Part shown: piece after piece, positions 13,001-25,835 of the stretch
Numbering within the stretch: position 1 is the stretch's first letter
Layout: the number at the start of each line of letters is the position of its first letter
Assembly (NCBI GenBank): GCA_050273025.1
Contig: CP158635.1
Span: 29,512,001 to 29,576,000 of the forward strand
Direction: 5' to 3'
From: Cenococcum geophilum
Taxonomy: Eukaryota
Length of the DNA: 64,000 nucleotides
The notes under the pieces: generated by a model
What the model was told of the DNA's origin: nothing
Seen by the model: the letters and a program-made list of their open reading frames with translations, nothing else
The model's database searches: none
Translations under genes and position numbers: made by a program

Positions 13001-16000
13001 TAGTAAAGGATAAAAAGGTATTTGTCGGAACGTTAATCACGTGACGTAGTCGCGAGACTACGAGGCGAGACTAGCCAATCTAACTTAGAGCAACCCCTAA
13101 CTTCTAGACAATAATTAACTACTAACTTTAACACCGCATACGTACTACTATAAGTGATATTCGTGTACGTTAATAAAGTAAGTATACTGACACTGATTAG
13201 TAGATATATAGATTAGGAAAACGACAATATAGAAATTAACTAAAAGGAAAGAATTACTAAATATAGCTACGGAATTGACCTAAAGACGGCTATAGATAAC
13301 GACCTAATAGAGTATATGGAGACTAAGATACACCTCTATATATAATCCAACCTTACAGACTTTGTATTATAGATAGTGTTTTAGGAAGACTTTAAGAACT
13401 TTACGCTAGAGACCTTTAAATAAGTATAATCTAATACTAGAATGGGAATCCGTTAATACCTAGTTAAGAGAGGAGTATATATTATTAAGTAAGATAAGAG
13501 ATACTCCCTTAGTAAGGTGCTGACGGATGTCGCTAATAAAGAAGAGTTTTATAAATAGACGGATAAGAAACTTATTGCGGCCCTTGCAGAGGTAAAACTA
13601 ATAATTACAATAACTCTGTAAGACTAACTTAATTTAACCTTAGATAAGCTTGCTATATCTTTAGCCCTACTACTAGCTACTCCACTAACTCCACCAGCTA
13701 TTCCAGCTGCCGTACCACCAGCTACTCCAGTTGCTGCACCGCTAACTACTCTGATTACTACCCCTACTACCCTTCCCGGTCCTTAATCCTCTAATTATAA
13801 CTAAATCCACGCTCTTATTAACCAACTACTATAGCTAAGAGAGTAGCAGCCGTAGCAGCTATATATATATATACTACCTAAACTAGCCGTGCTTAGTATA
13901 GAGCAAGGACCTAGATATAGTAAGGAGGTAGCTATAATTACGAAGATCTATATAGATAACTAAAAGTATAATAGAGTTAATAATAGCTTTAACTTTAAGC
14001 TAACTATCTTCTATAATATCTATAAGAGATCTAGCTTACCACCAGAAGGCTATATAGTAGCATTCCCTAGCATGCTAAAAGGGCTTGCTTAGGACCACTA
14101 CTATAACAATAACCTTAAGTTAAAACCTTTTTCGAAAGCCTGCAACTATATATAATAGTTCTTTAAAGGGCTATAATACTACTATAAGAACCTTATAGAG
14201 TAGAATAGTATAACCCTTTAAGGAGTTATAGACGAGAACTCTAATAAGTTAATTTATTAGAACTTCTAACTGCTTATAGATAAACTGCTAAAGTAATGTT
14301 ATAGACTATACCTAGACTTTTATATAAACCGCATTCTTATAAATAAATTAGTCACTACTTACTAGGGAGTGCTAGTATACCATATCACTGTCTCTAACCC
14401 TTTAGAAGACCTCTCTTAGTTAATTAGTAAGCTATAATCCTCTATTATTATATAGGAAAAAGAACACCCCCTATAAGCCTTAATAAGATCGTCTTACTAA
14501 GCCTTTTTTACGGATTAATATTACTATTAAAATAACTAAAATCGAGACCGAAATACTAATCGCTATAGTAGCAATCGCCTCTATAGAACTAACGGCAGAC
14601 TAAAGGCTAAGTGCTACGTCTATAAGAAGGAGGACTGCCATTTATAGAAATATATAGAGGAGGAGCGTAATCGGTCTAGAGATAACTATAAGAGACGTTT
14701 TATTAATATTAAGGGCCGCAATAAGGGCAACTTTAACAACCACTTTAAATAATACGTCGCCGCCTACAAAAGAGATAAAGAGGATGACTTAGACTTTAAA
14801 GCCTACATATACGACACTAACGACTCTAGGAGCGATGCCGGAGAACCTAACAATAGTTCTACCTATATTACTACCTTTAGAACACTTACTATAGAGAAAG
14901 TAACCTCTATAAGCGTAGAACTAGCTAATAAGGCTTATACATACCTGCTTATAGCTTTAGAACTTACTACGGAGTTTACCACAGAACCTTATACAGAGAC
15001 CGACCTATTTACCTATAGTACGGCTATAGCCACAGCGTTACGATATACCTTAACGGCCTTTATAGGAATTATAATTAATACGGGTGCTTCGCGTAAGTCT
15101 ATAGCTAGCTATAGTCAATTCTAAGCTCTATAGGCCGTAGACAAGTCCGTAAGTCTTAATACATTAACTAAGGGCCAAGTAACCGTCCAATTTAGAATTA
15201 GAGCCTCTACGTCTATCGGAACTATAGATATTAACAGCCCTATAGGCAAGGTATAATTCCATATCATTAAAGCAGATACTCCTTTTTTACTTTGCTTAGT
15301 AGATATAGATAGACTCTATATTAAATACGATAACCTAAAGGACGTCATTATCACTCGCACTAAAAAGGTGCCAGTAATTAGACAATTTAGCCACCCATTT
15401 CTTTTATAGAGCTTCTCCTTACAGTCTTATTTAGTTAAGTCTTTTAATATAAACCCTTGCTACTTAACTAACGTAGAACTACAACGTCTACACCGTTAGT
15501 TAATAGACTATAAAAGCTTCTTAATAAGGCTGGCCACGGCCATAACACTAATAGATCTGCTATTAAAGAGCTAACTAGACTCTACTACTACTGCTAGAAG
15601 TATAGCAGATCTCTAAGTAGATTTCGCTTTACCTTATAAGATAATATTAATTTCAATTATAATATTATCGTTGACATTATATATATTAGCGGCTCCCCCC
15701 TACTATACGTAGTCGATAAAGTAACTTAATTTTAAGCCGGCAGATAGCTACGAAACATTAGCGCTAAGTATACTTAGGATATTCTTCAAATGTGCTAGAT
15801 TAACAGCTATTTAGAACTACTAGACTTAATCACTATAGACATTAAGAAGAACTTTATTAGTAAGGAGTTTAAGCACTACGCTGCTACTATAGGAGCAACT
15901 ATAAAGTTAGTTCTAGTCAAATCACATAATTCTATTAAAATGGTAGAACGCTACTATAGTCCGCTATAACAAGCCTACCAAATTATTATAACTAAAATCC

Positions 16001-19000
16001 CTAAAATTAGCAAGAAGATAGCCCTATAAATGGCCTTTAAAGCCATTAATAACACGGCTGGCCCAGAAGGCCTAGTCCCTATACTCCTAGTCTTTAGAGC
16101 CTACCCCCAAATAGTTAAATTGGACGCGCTATTACCTTTAGTCATATAGCGAGCTACGGCTATTAAGAAAGCAATGGTAAAAATCTAAAAGCTATAAGCT
16201 AAATAATAGATCGCTAATGCTCTTAATATATAAAACGGACCACGAACTAATGCCATTTATGGCCTCCCACCTAATTCGCCTGTCTTAGTTTGGAGAGAAG
16301 GCAATACTAGCTAAAGTAGTTATTGGGACGGACCATATATGCTGCTTACCGTTAACGGTAAAACCTATACTATAAAGCTACTAAATAGACCTACAACCTT
16401 CTGCTTTACGGTCGTAAAATCCTACCTACTAGACCTATAAGACCTAGTCGAACTATAAGAGTCTGTTAAATTAGATAAACTAATACCTTTACTAGCCGAA
16501 CCTTAATCGTTACCTAAGGCTAAACCATAGCTACCGCTAAAGCGAGGTAGAGGCCGCCCCCGTAAATACCTATTGCTTATAGCCGTCGCAGACATAGCTA
16601 TTACGGATGCTATAATAGATATAGGCGCTTTTACGGGTAATATTACGGATATCGCTAATATCACGGATATCGCTAATATTGCTATCTACTTGCAGGACGA
16701 TAATACCATAGATATAGCTAATACTACTATTTACTTATAGAACAATAGTAATACCTAATTTAGCGCTTTATAATAAAAGGAGGTTATAGGCCTACTTAAG
16801 AAAGGCGTCTTTAAGATTATTAAGCTACACGATATATTAAAGGGGGTCAGACTCTTTAATTCACGGTTTATTAATAAGATTAAGAATAAAGGAACCGATA
16901 AAGCCTTTAAGAAATCACGACTTATTGTATAGGCCTATAATAACTTAGAAAAAGAGCTAGTCCTTACTTAGTTACTAATAATTTAACAAGTTAGTTAGCG
17001 GCTAATTCTCTATATCGCCGCTATACTACTATAGATATAACTCTACCTCTAAGACATCTTATAAGCCTATATCTAGTCTACTACAAACCTAAACCGCGAG
17101 TTCTATGTATAACCGCTATATAAGCTAAATAAACAACTAGGAATTAATACGGACTCCATTCTAAAGGTTATAAAGCCACTTTATAGTATACCTAAAGCTA
17201 AAAACTACTGGTTTAAGACCTACCATTTATACTACGTTAATTAGCTGCAAATGGACCAGTTTATGTATAATCCCTACTTGCTTTACAGCGATAAGCCTTT
17301 TAGAATTATTGGCCTATAGACTAATAATATACTATTTCTTGTAGATAATACCTTTATAGAGGCTAAATAAAGCGAACTATATAAGGCCAAATTTATAGCT
17401 AAGGAGTGAGAGTAACTAACCGCTAATATACTAATTAAGTTTAATAGAGAACTTATTTAATTAATATAAGACGGGAGTATTATACTAACATAAAGGCGCT
17501 AGTGTAAGAACCTTAGCGTGGTTAATACTATGCTAGCAGACAGCACTAGCTCTAGAGGAGTTACGCGTAACTTACTTACGCTAAAGGACTAGTATATCGC
17601 TTAACGCGCCAGAGGAGCCTATATCGCCTTAGTTTATTAGCCAGAGGCCTTATATAACCTATCCTTTACTACCTAGGTAGTTAACCTAGTTAAAGATAAT
17701 ACAAAGAGTTTTAATAAGTGATTAAGCTAGTAGATTAAGAACGTAAATAGAGGCCTAAAGTTTGTTAAGCTAGACGCCAATACCTTATAACTCCTAGTAT
17801 TTACGGACGCTTCCTTCGCTAATAACAAGGACCTATCTTCGTAAATTAGCTATATACTTGTACTAGCAGACGCCTTAAATAAGGCAAATATTGTCTACTG
17901 GTCCTTAATTAAGTGCAAAAGAGTTACTAGGAGTGTATTAGCCTTAGAGCTATATAGTATAGCGTATGGTTTTAATATAGGCGCTATAATTAAATCTATG
18001 CTAGACAAGGTCTTATAGGTTAACTTACTACTTGTTTTCTGTACTAACTCAAAGTCCTTATATAACTATCTCGTCTAACTAGAAACTACGTAAGAGAAAC
18101 GCTTAATAATTAATATAATATGCCTTCGCTAAGCTTATAAACAAAGATAGATTACTAAAGTTAAGTAAATTAATAGAGATACTAACCCTACGGACGCTAT
18201 AATAAAGGGTAAGCCTTATACGGCACTATTACGGCTTATTAATATAAATTAAGTTAAATTACGGGCTATAGGGTGGGTTAAATAAACGGATTTGAATTTA
18301 TAGGCGAGCTAATAGCGATTTTCTATCCCGGGGATGGAAAATCCTAATTAGCTAGTTTAATAGTATAGCAGAATCTAACAGGTGGCGCGCTTTAGGATTA
18401 AAGGTAGAGCTATTACGTATTATAAACAGAAGAGCTAGTTATTGCGTATACGCTATAAATAGCCTAGAAGTAGACTTAACTTTAGAGTATAGATTAGCCT
18501 TCTTTTTAAAGTTGCTCTAGTATTAGAATGTTAATTACGTGACGTAGTTATAAGACTATAAGGTAAGACTAGCCAATCTAACTTGGAGCAACCCCTGACT
18601 TCTAGATAATAATTAACTACTAACTTCAACACCGCATACGTACCACTATAAGTGATATTTGTATACGTTAATAAAGCGAGTATACCGACAGTATTATAAC
18701 GCTAAGAGATTTAAGGGACTAGATCTTAAAGGGGGGGAAAAGTATAGCTACTATATAAAAATTTTAAAAGTTAATAACTAAGTAAGAAGTTAGACTACGT
18801 TAGACTAGGACCTTTTAAAATTATAAAGAGGATTTTACCAGTTATATTTAAGTTAAACCTACTAGCTAAAATAAAGATCTACTCTATATAGTATATTGCG
18901 ATACTAGAGCTAATATATAGAAATATTAAGCCACTAGTTTATAAAGCAGACACGTATAGAGGGTAAAAAGAGGATAAATAGCAAGTTTTAAAGATCGTTA

Positions 19001-19160
19001 ATTATAAGGATATAGATAATAAAATATAGTACGAGGTTAAGTAAATAGGCTATAATAAGACTACCTAAAAACTATTAGAAAATTTAAAGAATGCTATAGG
19101 AAAGGTATAGGAGTATTAAAAGAGAAAAGGTTAGGTAATATTAATAAAAAAGGATCGCTA
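7092..19160 (+). pseudogene. gag-pol of Gypsy A (interrupted by Copia E at 13023-18690)
   Basis: CxxCxxxxHxxxxC knuckle ~8093-8135; protease LV(D)S(G)A ~10238; RT YLD(D)II ~11165; RNase H ~11600; integrase ~12170-12900; chromodomain ~18970-19120. Confidence 0.9.
13023..18690 (+). mobile_element. Ty1/Copia element E, full length
   Basis: 170-bp LTRs 13023-13192 and 18521-18690 (TGT...ACA); TSD GTATT; PR (I(D)TGAS ~15070), INT, RT (F(E)KSRLIVQAYN ~16905), RH (FTDASFANNKD ~17800) in Copia order; AT-hook KRGRGRPRK ~16540. Confidence 0.93.
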
Positions 19161-19189
19161 AGGAATAAGTTACCTAAGGGGGACCTAAA

Positions 19190-19745
19190 AAGAGCGACTG
19201 CTAAATTACTTAAAGTTATTTCCTCCTCTATTGGAAGAAAATCCGTTCTTTTATTACTTAGTTCCTATAAACCTTATTTTATAAGTTTTTACTTCTTAAA
19301 ATAAACCTTCTTATAAACCTTTTTAAGACGGAGCAGGCGAGCAAATATAATAATTTAGACTTTTAGGGCCTTTTATTCCGCGTTATAAGAACATTCTAAA
19401 TTAGCTAAGGCTTAAGTTAGCTTACTATTAAGCTTTATAGCGGTAGATTAAATATAAAACCCTATAATAAATTACTTAAGGAACTTAAAGACTATTAAGA
19501 GTTATAGGACGCGTATATTTAGCGTTAGAAATAGAGCGAACGTTGTAGGACAATTAAATATTTACTTTAGTACACTCCGAATAAGAGGACAGTTATTAAG
19601 AAAATAGACTCGCTAACGCGACGTAGACTAACCCCTTTTTATATAATAAGAATATGGAGACGGTATAACCTTACTAAGCAATAATATAGCAGCAATAGTG
19701 CGAGCATAGCGTTGCGCTTATAAAGAAGAAGGTGCTTTAGGTATA
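19190..19745 (-). pseudogene. Antisense accessory ORF in Gypsy A 3' region: Zn2Cys6-like cysteine cluster + coiled coil, probably one intron
   Basis: De-RIPed reading MPKAPSS.QAQRYARTIAAILLLGEVMPSPCS.C..KGLVCVA...SSCSECTK.NI.LSCNVRSISNAE (one 1-bp frameshift in an A-run), then a putative intron, then ARLLRL.KV.KK...KL..QGLQEL. Confidence 0.6.
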
Positions 19746-19852
19746 ATAAGTAATAATATTAACCAAATTAATTAGACGGATATTATACCTCTAGTAAATA
19801 ACTTAGAGATACTAAAAATCTTTAAGGATAAAGATAGGAAGAAGGGAGATAG

Positions 19853-20271
19853 TGTTATAAACGCTTTAAGTATAATATTATAACTACTTAGAGAAGAGTT
19901 AAAAGAAGCTAGTTAGTTAATAAGAGTACGGTTTAGTATGGAGCTGGTAAAACTATATAATAAAGAATAGTAAGTAAGTTATATAATGTTATACGCAGTG
20001 TACGTAGTATAAAAAGGGATATACATATAACGCGTATAATATATACCTTACGTATAAGGATAGTTTCTTAAGAGTACAGATATATATTTAAAGGATTGCA
20101 GTCCCTACCTAGATAGTTCCTTTCCTTATAGTAATTTTTAGAATATAATTAGAGTTAATCTGTTAGGCAACTACTCCACTAGTTATTATTACGTTGTTAA
20201 CTTCCTGCATTACCTATACATCTAGCCTATTAACGAGTCCACTATAGTTCTTGCTATAAGGCTTTATTATA
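19853..20271 (+). repeat. 3' LTR of Gypsy A
   Basis: Direct repeat of 648-1067, preceded by PPT and followed by TSD. Confidence 0.95.
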
Positions 20272-21099
20272 GTTACTATATTATCCGCCTAGTGTCCCTT
20301 TTCTACCCTAAGGCTTATAGGAACCACTAGGACTTTAACTAGGTAGTTTTTATAGAGCACTTTTATACTAATACGTTCTCCTAGCCTATTCCCTACCCTT
20401 ACGGCTTATTCCTTTACCTATTAGTCCTTTAGGGTAGCTCTAATATCTCCGCTCCTAAGGTATTGGACTATAACCGCGTTATAAACCTCTTTATAAATCT
20501 CTATAAGAACTTCTATTTCTAATTATCCCCTAAGCCCCTTTACTTTTTCTATATTTAGTTATATTATAATTATATACCCAGTTATTATCTTAAGGGGGGT
20601 AGGTTCCCTATACTATATAAACGCAGCTATGGCGGCCTAGGTGCGGTTCGCCAGTAAGGGGGGTTTTTATATATTTTTAATTTTGCCTAGCCGTTAAAGG
20701 ATTTAATTAAGGGTTTGCTGGAGAGGCGCCTAAGGTTTACTAAACTGGCGGAGCCATTCTGCTAGTTATATTAATTCGTTATAGCTAACGGTTACTCCCT
20801 TATAATTCTGGATACTAGACGCGTCTAATAGGCTTTATATTTTATTAGATGCCTTCTTAATAAAGGTCTTTCCGCTTTATAGTGTGGTATTCGCCCGACC
20901 TTATTATGGGGGGCCATTGCTAGACGTGGTGTTGGCGGTCGCGCGTGGGTATAAACCACCGTCGTTTGACGTGTGCCTCCCCTGCGATGTATGCATCTTA
21001 GGGGGTTTCTCTAGGTGTATTTTCGGGGTTCTTTTGGTTAGTTTTAGTCTTTTTTGGGCTAGGTGTAGCAAGAGCTCCAGTTTTTTCCTTATATTTATA

Positions 21100-24000
21100 T
21101 AAGAAATACTTATAAACCAACTAGTATTCTACGGACTAGAAAATATATAAGCGATTACTATAGACTATATATCTATATAGATAACGCTTAACTTTACCGC
21201 ATTAATATAATAACCCTACTAGAGATACGCTACTAATAAACTTAACTAGGAAAAGTATACCTAGGAAGTTACTAATAGGCTAGCAGCTCTACCCTAGGTA
21301 TTACTAGAGAATATCTAAAGGATTATAAGTAACTACTTAGAAGAATACTACCTAAAGGCTTAGCCTAGTAAATATACCCGCTGTAAATAGTTGCTAAAGG
21401 CGGCCTAGCTACTCGCAGGCGCTGAAAAAAGTAAGGCGATAGTATAGCGTAATAGGCGAAGCCTACTACTAATAGAGCTATAAAGTCCTAAAATATAGGC
21501 TTAAGAAGATAATATAGAAAGAGGGTAGAAATAACTAGCGCTAATTCCTAAAAGAAATTACCTTAAACCCTACTAAACTATATAATAAGGGACCCTAGCG
21601 TATATTAAAGTAGAGTAGGCAAGCCGCTAAGGAGATACTAGAGAATCCCCATCTACTTATACTCTACTAGATAGAATAGGACTAGTATATAAATAATAAT
21701 AAGGAAAAAATAAAAATACTAATAAAGAGGTTCTTCCTAGGCGCGGGCTAAGCAGATCTAAATATTAGTAGCTAAACCTACCCCTTACCTCTAGAAATAA
21801 GCTATATAGTATTAGTAAAGAAATAAAAAATACTATATAAAAGCTCCTTACTAGTAAAGCGCTAGGGCTAAATAAGATTCTATATAAAACAATTAAAGCC
21901 GTAATAAAAGCGGTAGTAATACTAATAATTCTTCTTTAATTAACGTCTGATACGGATGCTATCTAGCCCTACGTAGACTACTCCATATATAAGGGAAAAG
22001 TAATATTAACGGGAAAAAACCCTTGCTGCTGGGGGGGAGGAAAAACCCTATGAGCCACCTCAGTAGAATAAAAAACCCCAATTTGCCATATCTGTCCGTA
22101 GCGGCGGCCCTATAGGTCTACGGCTACGTCCTGTCCTCCTTAGATGTTTAAACTCCTTAGGAACCACTGCTTCCTTCTCTAGCTTACCCTAGCTAGGGTT
22201 TACTACGTCCCAGCTAGGCCTTGCCAATTAATTGCCGTACTGCTATTTCCCGTATCTTGGCCATCCCCTATATGCTATTTCTTATCTAACCATTGCCATA
22301 TACGCTATGCCTTCCCCCCCCTAGGGCCTATTAAAGGCGTAAGGGGGATTCATCCGTTCTAATTACCGTAATACTAATAAGCGAGCGGGATATTGTATAT
22401 TTGGGTATCTTTTATGCCTAGGCCCCAGCTAGGCCCTTTCTAAGGGTTATTACTCCGTTAAAAGAAGACAGGGAAAACCGTGGGTCGCAATCTAGGCTGC
22501 TAGGTAGTATTTGGTAGAAAAACGGCGAGTGATTGTATACTCCGCGGGCGATCGCCCTAGGGGTTAGGAGGGGCTATATATTTGCTCATTCGTCTACTCG
22601 TTTATTCGCGATCGCTTATTCGTTAATATAAGAGGTCGTTAATACTTTCTATTAGGGGTTGGGGGATGCTATTAAATGCCGTATATCCACGTTGGATTGT
22701 ATAGGTGCCTTAATAGGAGAATAGCGTAGCTGAATTGTAGAGGGCCATAGTAGTGGTTTTTGAGATCTCACCATCTGAAAATTTTTTACCACCGCCTATA
22801 ACGCTTATAACCACGACCACCAGGTCCTATCGCACGCTATACAACGTCTCTGCGTTGGCTCTAAGTCTGAACTTTGAAGACCTAGGTTTGTAGCCGTTAC
22901 CATATATAGGTACAGAGTCCGTTTTCGACGGCTGGTAGTAATACTACTTACTAATACTATAACTACCGACCTCTAGGGAGGCGAACTACCTAAATACTTT
23001 AAAGTAATAACTGTAGTCGTCTTATAAAAGGTAAAGAAAAAAGACTATATCTTTTTAAGAAGCTACTAACTAATTACCCTAGAAAATACCCTAAGAAAGC
23101 TTTTAGAAAAGATAGTTATAGAACGTATATAAGAAAAAGTAAAGGTATAAGAGCTATTACTATAGATATAAATAGGCGTAAGAAGAAACGATTAACCCTT
23201 TTATTTATAAATTTTAGTTATTATTATATATCTCTAGTAGTTTAAATATAAAGAAAGAGGAATAAGATTGGTAATAGAGGTAATCTTTAGAGAATACCTA
23301 TAGGTATTAGTATTAATTCACTTTTATAGCTCTTGATTATAATTTTTATAATACGCCCTATTAGGAAGGCATAGATAAACTTAATTATCCAGTTTAGCAG
23401 GCCTTTATTTCTTAGGATCTATAGAAATCTCTTATATAATATATTATTAAAGGCTCCGCTTAGGTCTAGGCTTAGTATAAATATAGTATATCTTAGGTAA
23501 GCTTACTATACCGCTTAAATACTTAAGGTAATTAGGGAGAGGGCTAATATAAACCTAATTATATAGGGAAATATAGTAGTAAAAAACTGTACTAGGCTAG
23601 ACTAGGTGTATAATAGGTATATTATATAGGTAAAACGATACTATATTAAATTTACACTAGATAAATACTATCTTATTTACTTTATAAGGAAAAGGAAGAC
23701 AACTAGTAACCTAGCCTTAATAGTAAATATCTAGGGCTATAAAGTAAAACTATAAGCTACTCTTAAGGTCCTAGGGGTTTTAATAGTCTTTATTAAACTA
23801 AAACGTATATATTATATAGACGACCTATAAGGGAGTAATACCATTTTCGGCAGGATTATAGATTACTATATTAATATAGAGACCCTCTTTTAGATACATA
23901 TATCTACTATATATAGTAATAGTAGGGCTAATAATACTATATAGCTCCTAGATCTAAGGCCTAAGACTAAATAATAAGGTATTAGTAAAAAGCTCCCTAG

Positions 24001-25145
24001 CGCTACTAGCTAGGCTATAAAACTAGTACCTATATAGAACTATAGGGACTTATAGAAGAATACTACGCGCTATATTAGAACGCGAATTAGCGGTTTTACT
24101 ACTAGACTTATATATTAATATAACTACTATATAGAGAATATTTATAGTATAAGGCTACCTAGTAGAAGAAAATATATACTAAATACTAAAATATATCTAA
24201 GAAGTAAGGGCCTCTTAAAGAGGCGATATACCTAAGTACACTAGCTAGGAAGCCCTCTACTTATAGGTAGAGAGAGAAAAGGAAATATATAAACTACTAG
24301 CTTATTAGGCGAAGACCTACCACCGCACTAGTAAAGTACTACTATAGCGATAGAGAATAAGAGGCCATTAGTATAGATAGAGATCTACTATACTTATTAT
24401 AAGATAGGTAGACCTTAAATAAAAGCGATAATAGAAGGAGGTGATAAAAATACAATATATAGCTATATAGAATACCCTATAGTTAATACTAATACTTCCT
24501 CTATATAAAGGACTAATAAAGGTAAAATCTATAGCTACTTTCCTATTACGGACAGAGGTCTTAGGCCTAAATATATAGTTTATAAGTATTTATATTTTAA
24601 ATACTATACCTTAACATACTTACAGATAGCCTATTTAGTTGGTATACTATATACTACTTTTCTATAGCTATCGCTTAGTAAGGGACTAGCTATTTACTAG
24701 TATAGATATAAATAATATTACTTAAATACTCTCTATAAGTAGAGGCCTATAAATAGTAGTAAAATAGCTATAGGCTAAAGAGTCCTCTAGTAGTTCTAAA
24801 TATTATATAAGATCTAATAGAAGGACACTAAAGGATACGCCCTCTTCTAGCCCTTAGAGACTGAATACCCCTATTTAGCCGTAGGTAGTATATTAGCGAA
24901 TTACTAAATACTCTTATTACCCCCTCTAGATCTTTTAATATACTTAGATAGAATAGTATATAAGGTAGACCTAAAGATATAAAGATATATTAGTTTAGTA
25001 AAGGTAGAACGTATAGGACTAGCTAAAAGGAAATACTTAGGTTTTTTTCCTTATAGGGCCTTTTCCTATATAGAAAGGTAGAAGTATATAGGCCTAAAAA
25101 GGGACTAAATTATTCAATAAATAAAAATTATATAATAATTATATA
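21100..25145 (+). mobile_element. Tad1-like LINE ORF2 (RT) and 3' end; 5' part absent here
   Basis: GKAPG.D-like motif ~21855; SY(R)PI.LENTL.KLLEKIV ~23060; KY.LI(H)F ~23663; C-terminal CCHC-like motif ~24620; A-rich tail ~25115-25145. Confidence 0.88.
21925..22933 (-). mobile_element. ~1 kb non-LTR retroposon (SINE-like or 5'-truncated LINE) inserted in the LINE RT
   Basis: 13-bp TSD GGTAGTAATACTA (21912-21924 / 22934-22946); A-rich 3' end on the minus strand; no TIRs or LTRs; more GC-rich than flanks. Confidence 0.75.
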
Positions 25146-25189
25146 CTTAAGCTTAAAGCTTAATACAAAGTTTTAAAGCTCTTTATAAA

Positions 25190-25628
25190 TATTTATATAT
25201 TTATATATCTATTATAAGGTATATTACCTAGGGTATATAGTAGGGAGTAGGTAAGCTAAGTAAGGGTTATAGGGAGTTAATAGAAGAGGATAAAAGAGTA
25301 TAGGTATATTTAAGGGGAAAACCCTAAGTATTTCCTTTTAGATAGTACTACGCGTTTTACTTTTATCTAGCTAATATATCTTTATATCTTTAGGTCTACC
25401 TTATAAACTATACTTCCTAGATATATTAGAAGATTTAAAGGGGGAATTATAGGGGTATCTAGTAATTTACTAGCGTACTACTTATAGCTAGGCGGGGGTA
25501 TTTAGTCTCTAAGGGGCTAAAAGGGGGTATATCCTTTAGTGTCCTCCTATTAGATCTTATATAATATTTAAAACTACTAAAGGACTCCTTAATCTATAGC
25601 TATTTTACTACTACTTATAGGTCCCTAC
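25190..25628 (-). mobile_element. 3' fragment of a related LINE, tail-to-tail with the preceding copy
   Basis: 25320-25628 is a diverged reverse complement of ~24740-25050. Confidence 0.85.
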
Positions 25629-25835
25629 TATTACGGCAACTTAGTTAATTAAGGCACTAGTATAGCATAAAGCAACGGCGTAAGCCTATATAATTAGTAA
25701 TCTATAGACTTAGATATTAAGATAAGGAGTAAAAGAAGGTAGTAAAAAGGACACGTCTATATATATAGGGGAGCTAAGCCTTTAGCCGACCCCTAACTAA
25801 GCCCCCTATCTAAGTTACGCGTTAGTACTATAATA
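25629..25835 (-). repeat. Solo LTR related to the Gypsy B/D LTR family, no TSD
   Basis: RIPed TG..CA ends (TATTACGG...ACTATAATA); shares ACTTAGTTAAT / GCGTAAGCCTATA blocks with the B LTR; flanks CCTAC vs CCTTG do not match. Confidence 0.7.

Larger units (their letters stand above)
648..20271 (+). mobile_element. Ty3/Gypsy chromovirus A, full length, RIP-inactivated, with nested B1 and E
   Basis: LTRs 648-1067 and 19853-20271; TSD GTTAC (643-647 / 20272-20276); PPT AAAGATAGGAAGAAGGGAGATAG before 19853; gag-PR-RT-RH-INT-chromo order. Confidence 0.95.
1..21090 (-). mobile_element. Tad1-like LINE (5' UTR + ORF1), split by Gypsy A; continues off the left edge
   Basis: Minus strand 20996->20277 and 642->1 join across the GTTAC TSD into a RIP-decayed ORF1 with LINE-type Zn knuckles (de-RIPed QCY.C.QW.HTQS.C, CGHCAGPHDTRHC, KCVNC...HKAWERE.C at ~190-370). 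The 5' end position is approximate. Confidence 0.8.

Noticed and set aside
16590..16740. Short tandem repeats as CRISPR-like or regulatory array
   Set aside because: They are in-frame DIANIT-type peptide repeats in the Copia INT-RT linker of a eukaryotic element.
20884..21102. 72-aa plus-strand ORF
   Set aside because: It is antisense to the LINE 5' UTR/ORF1 start.
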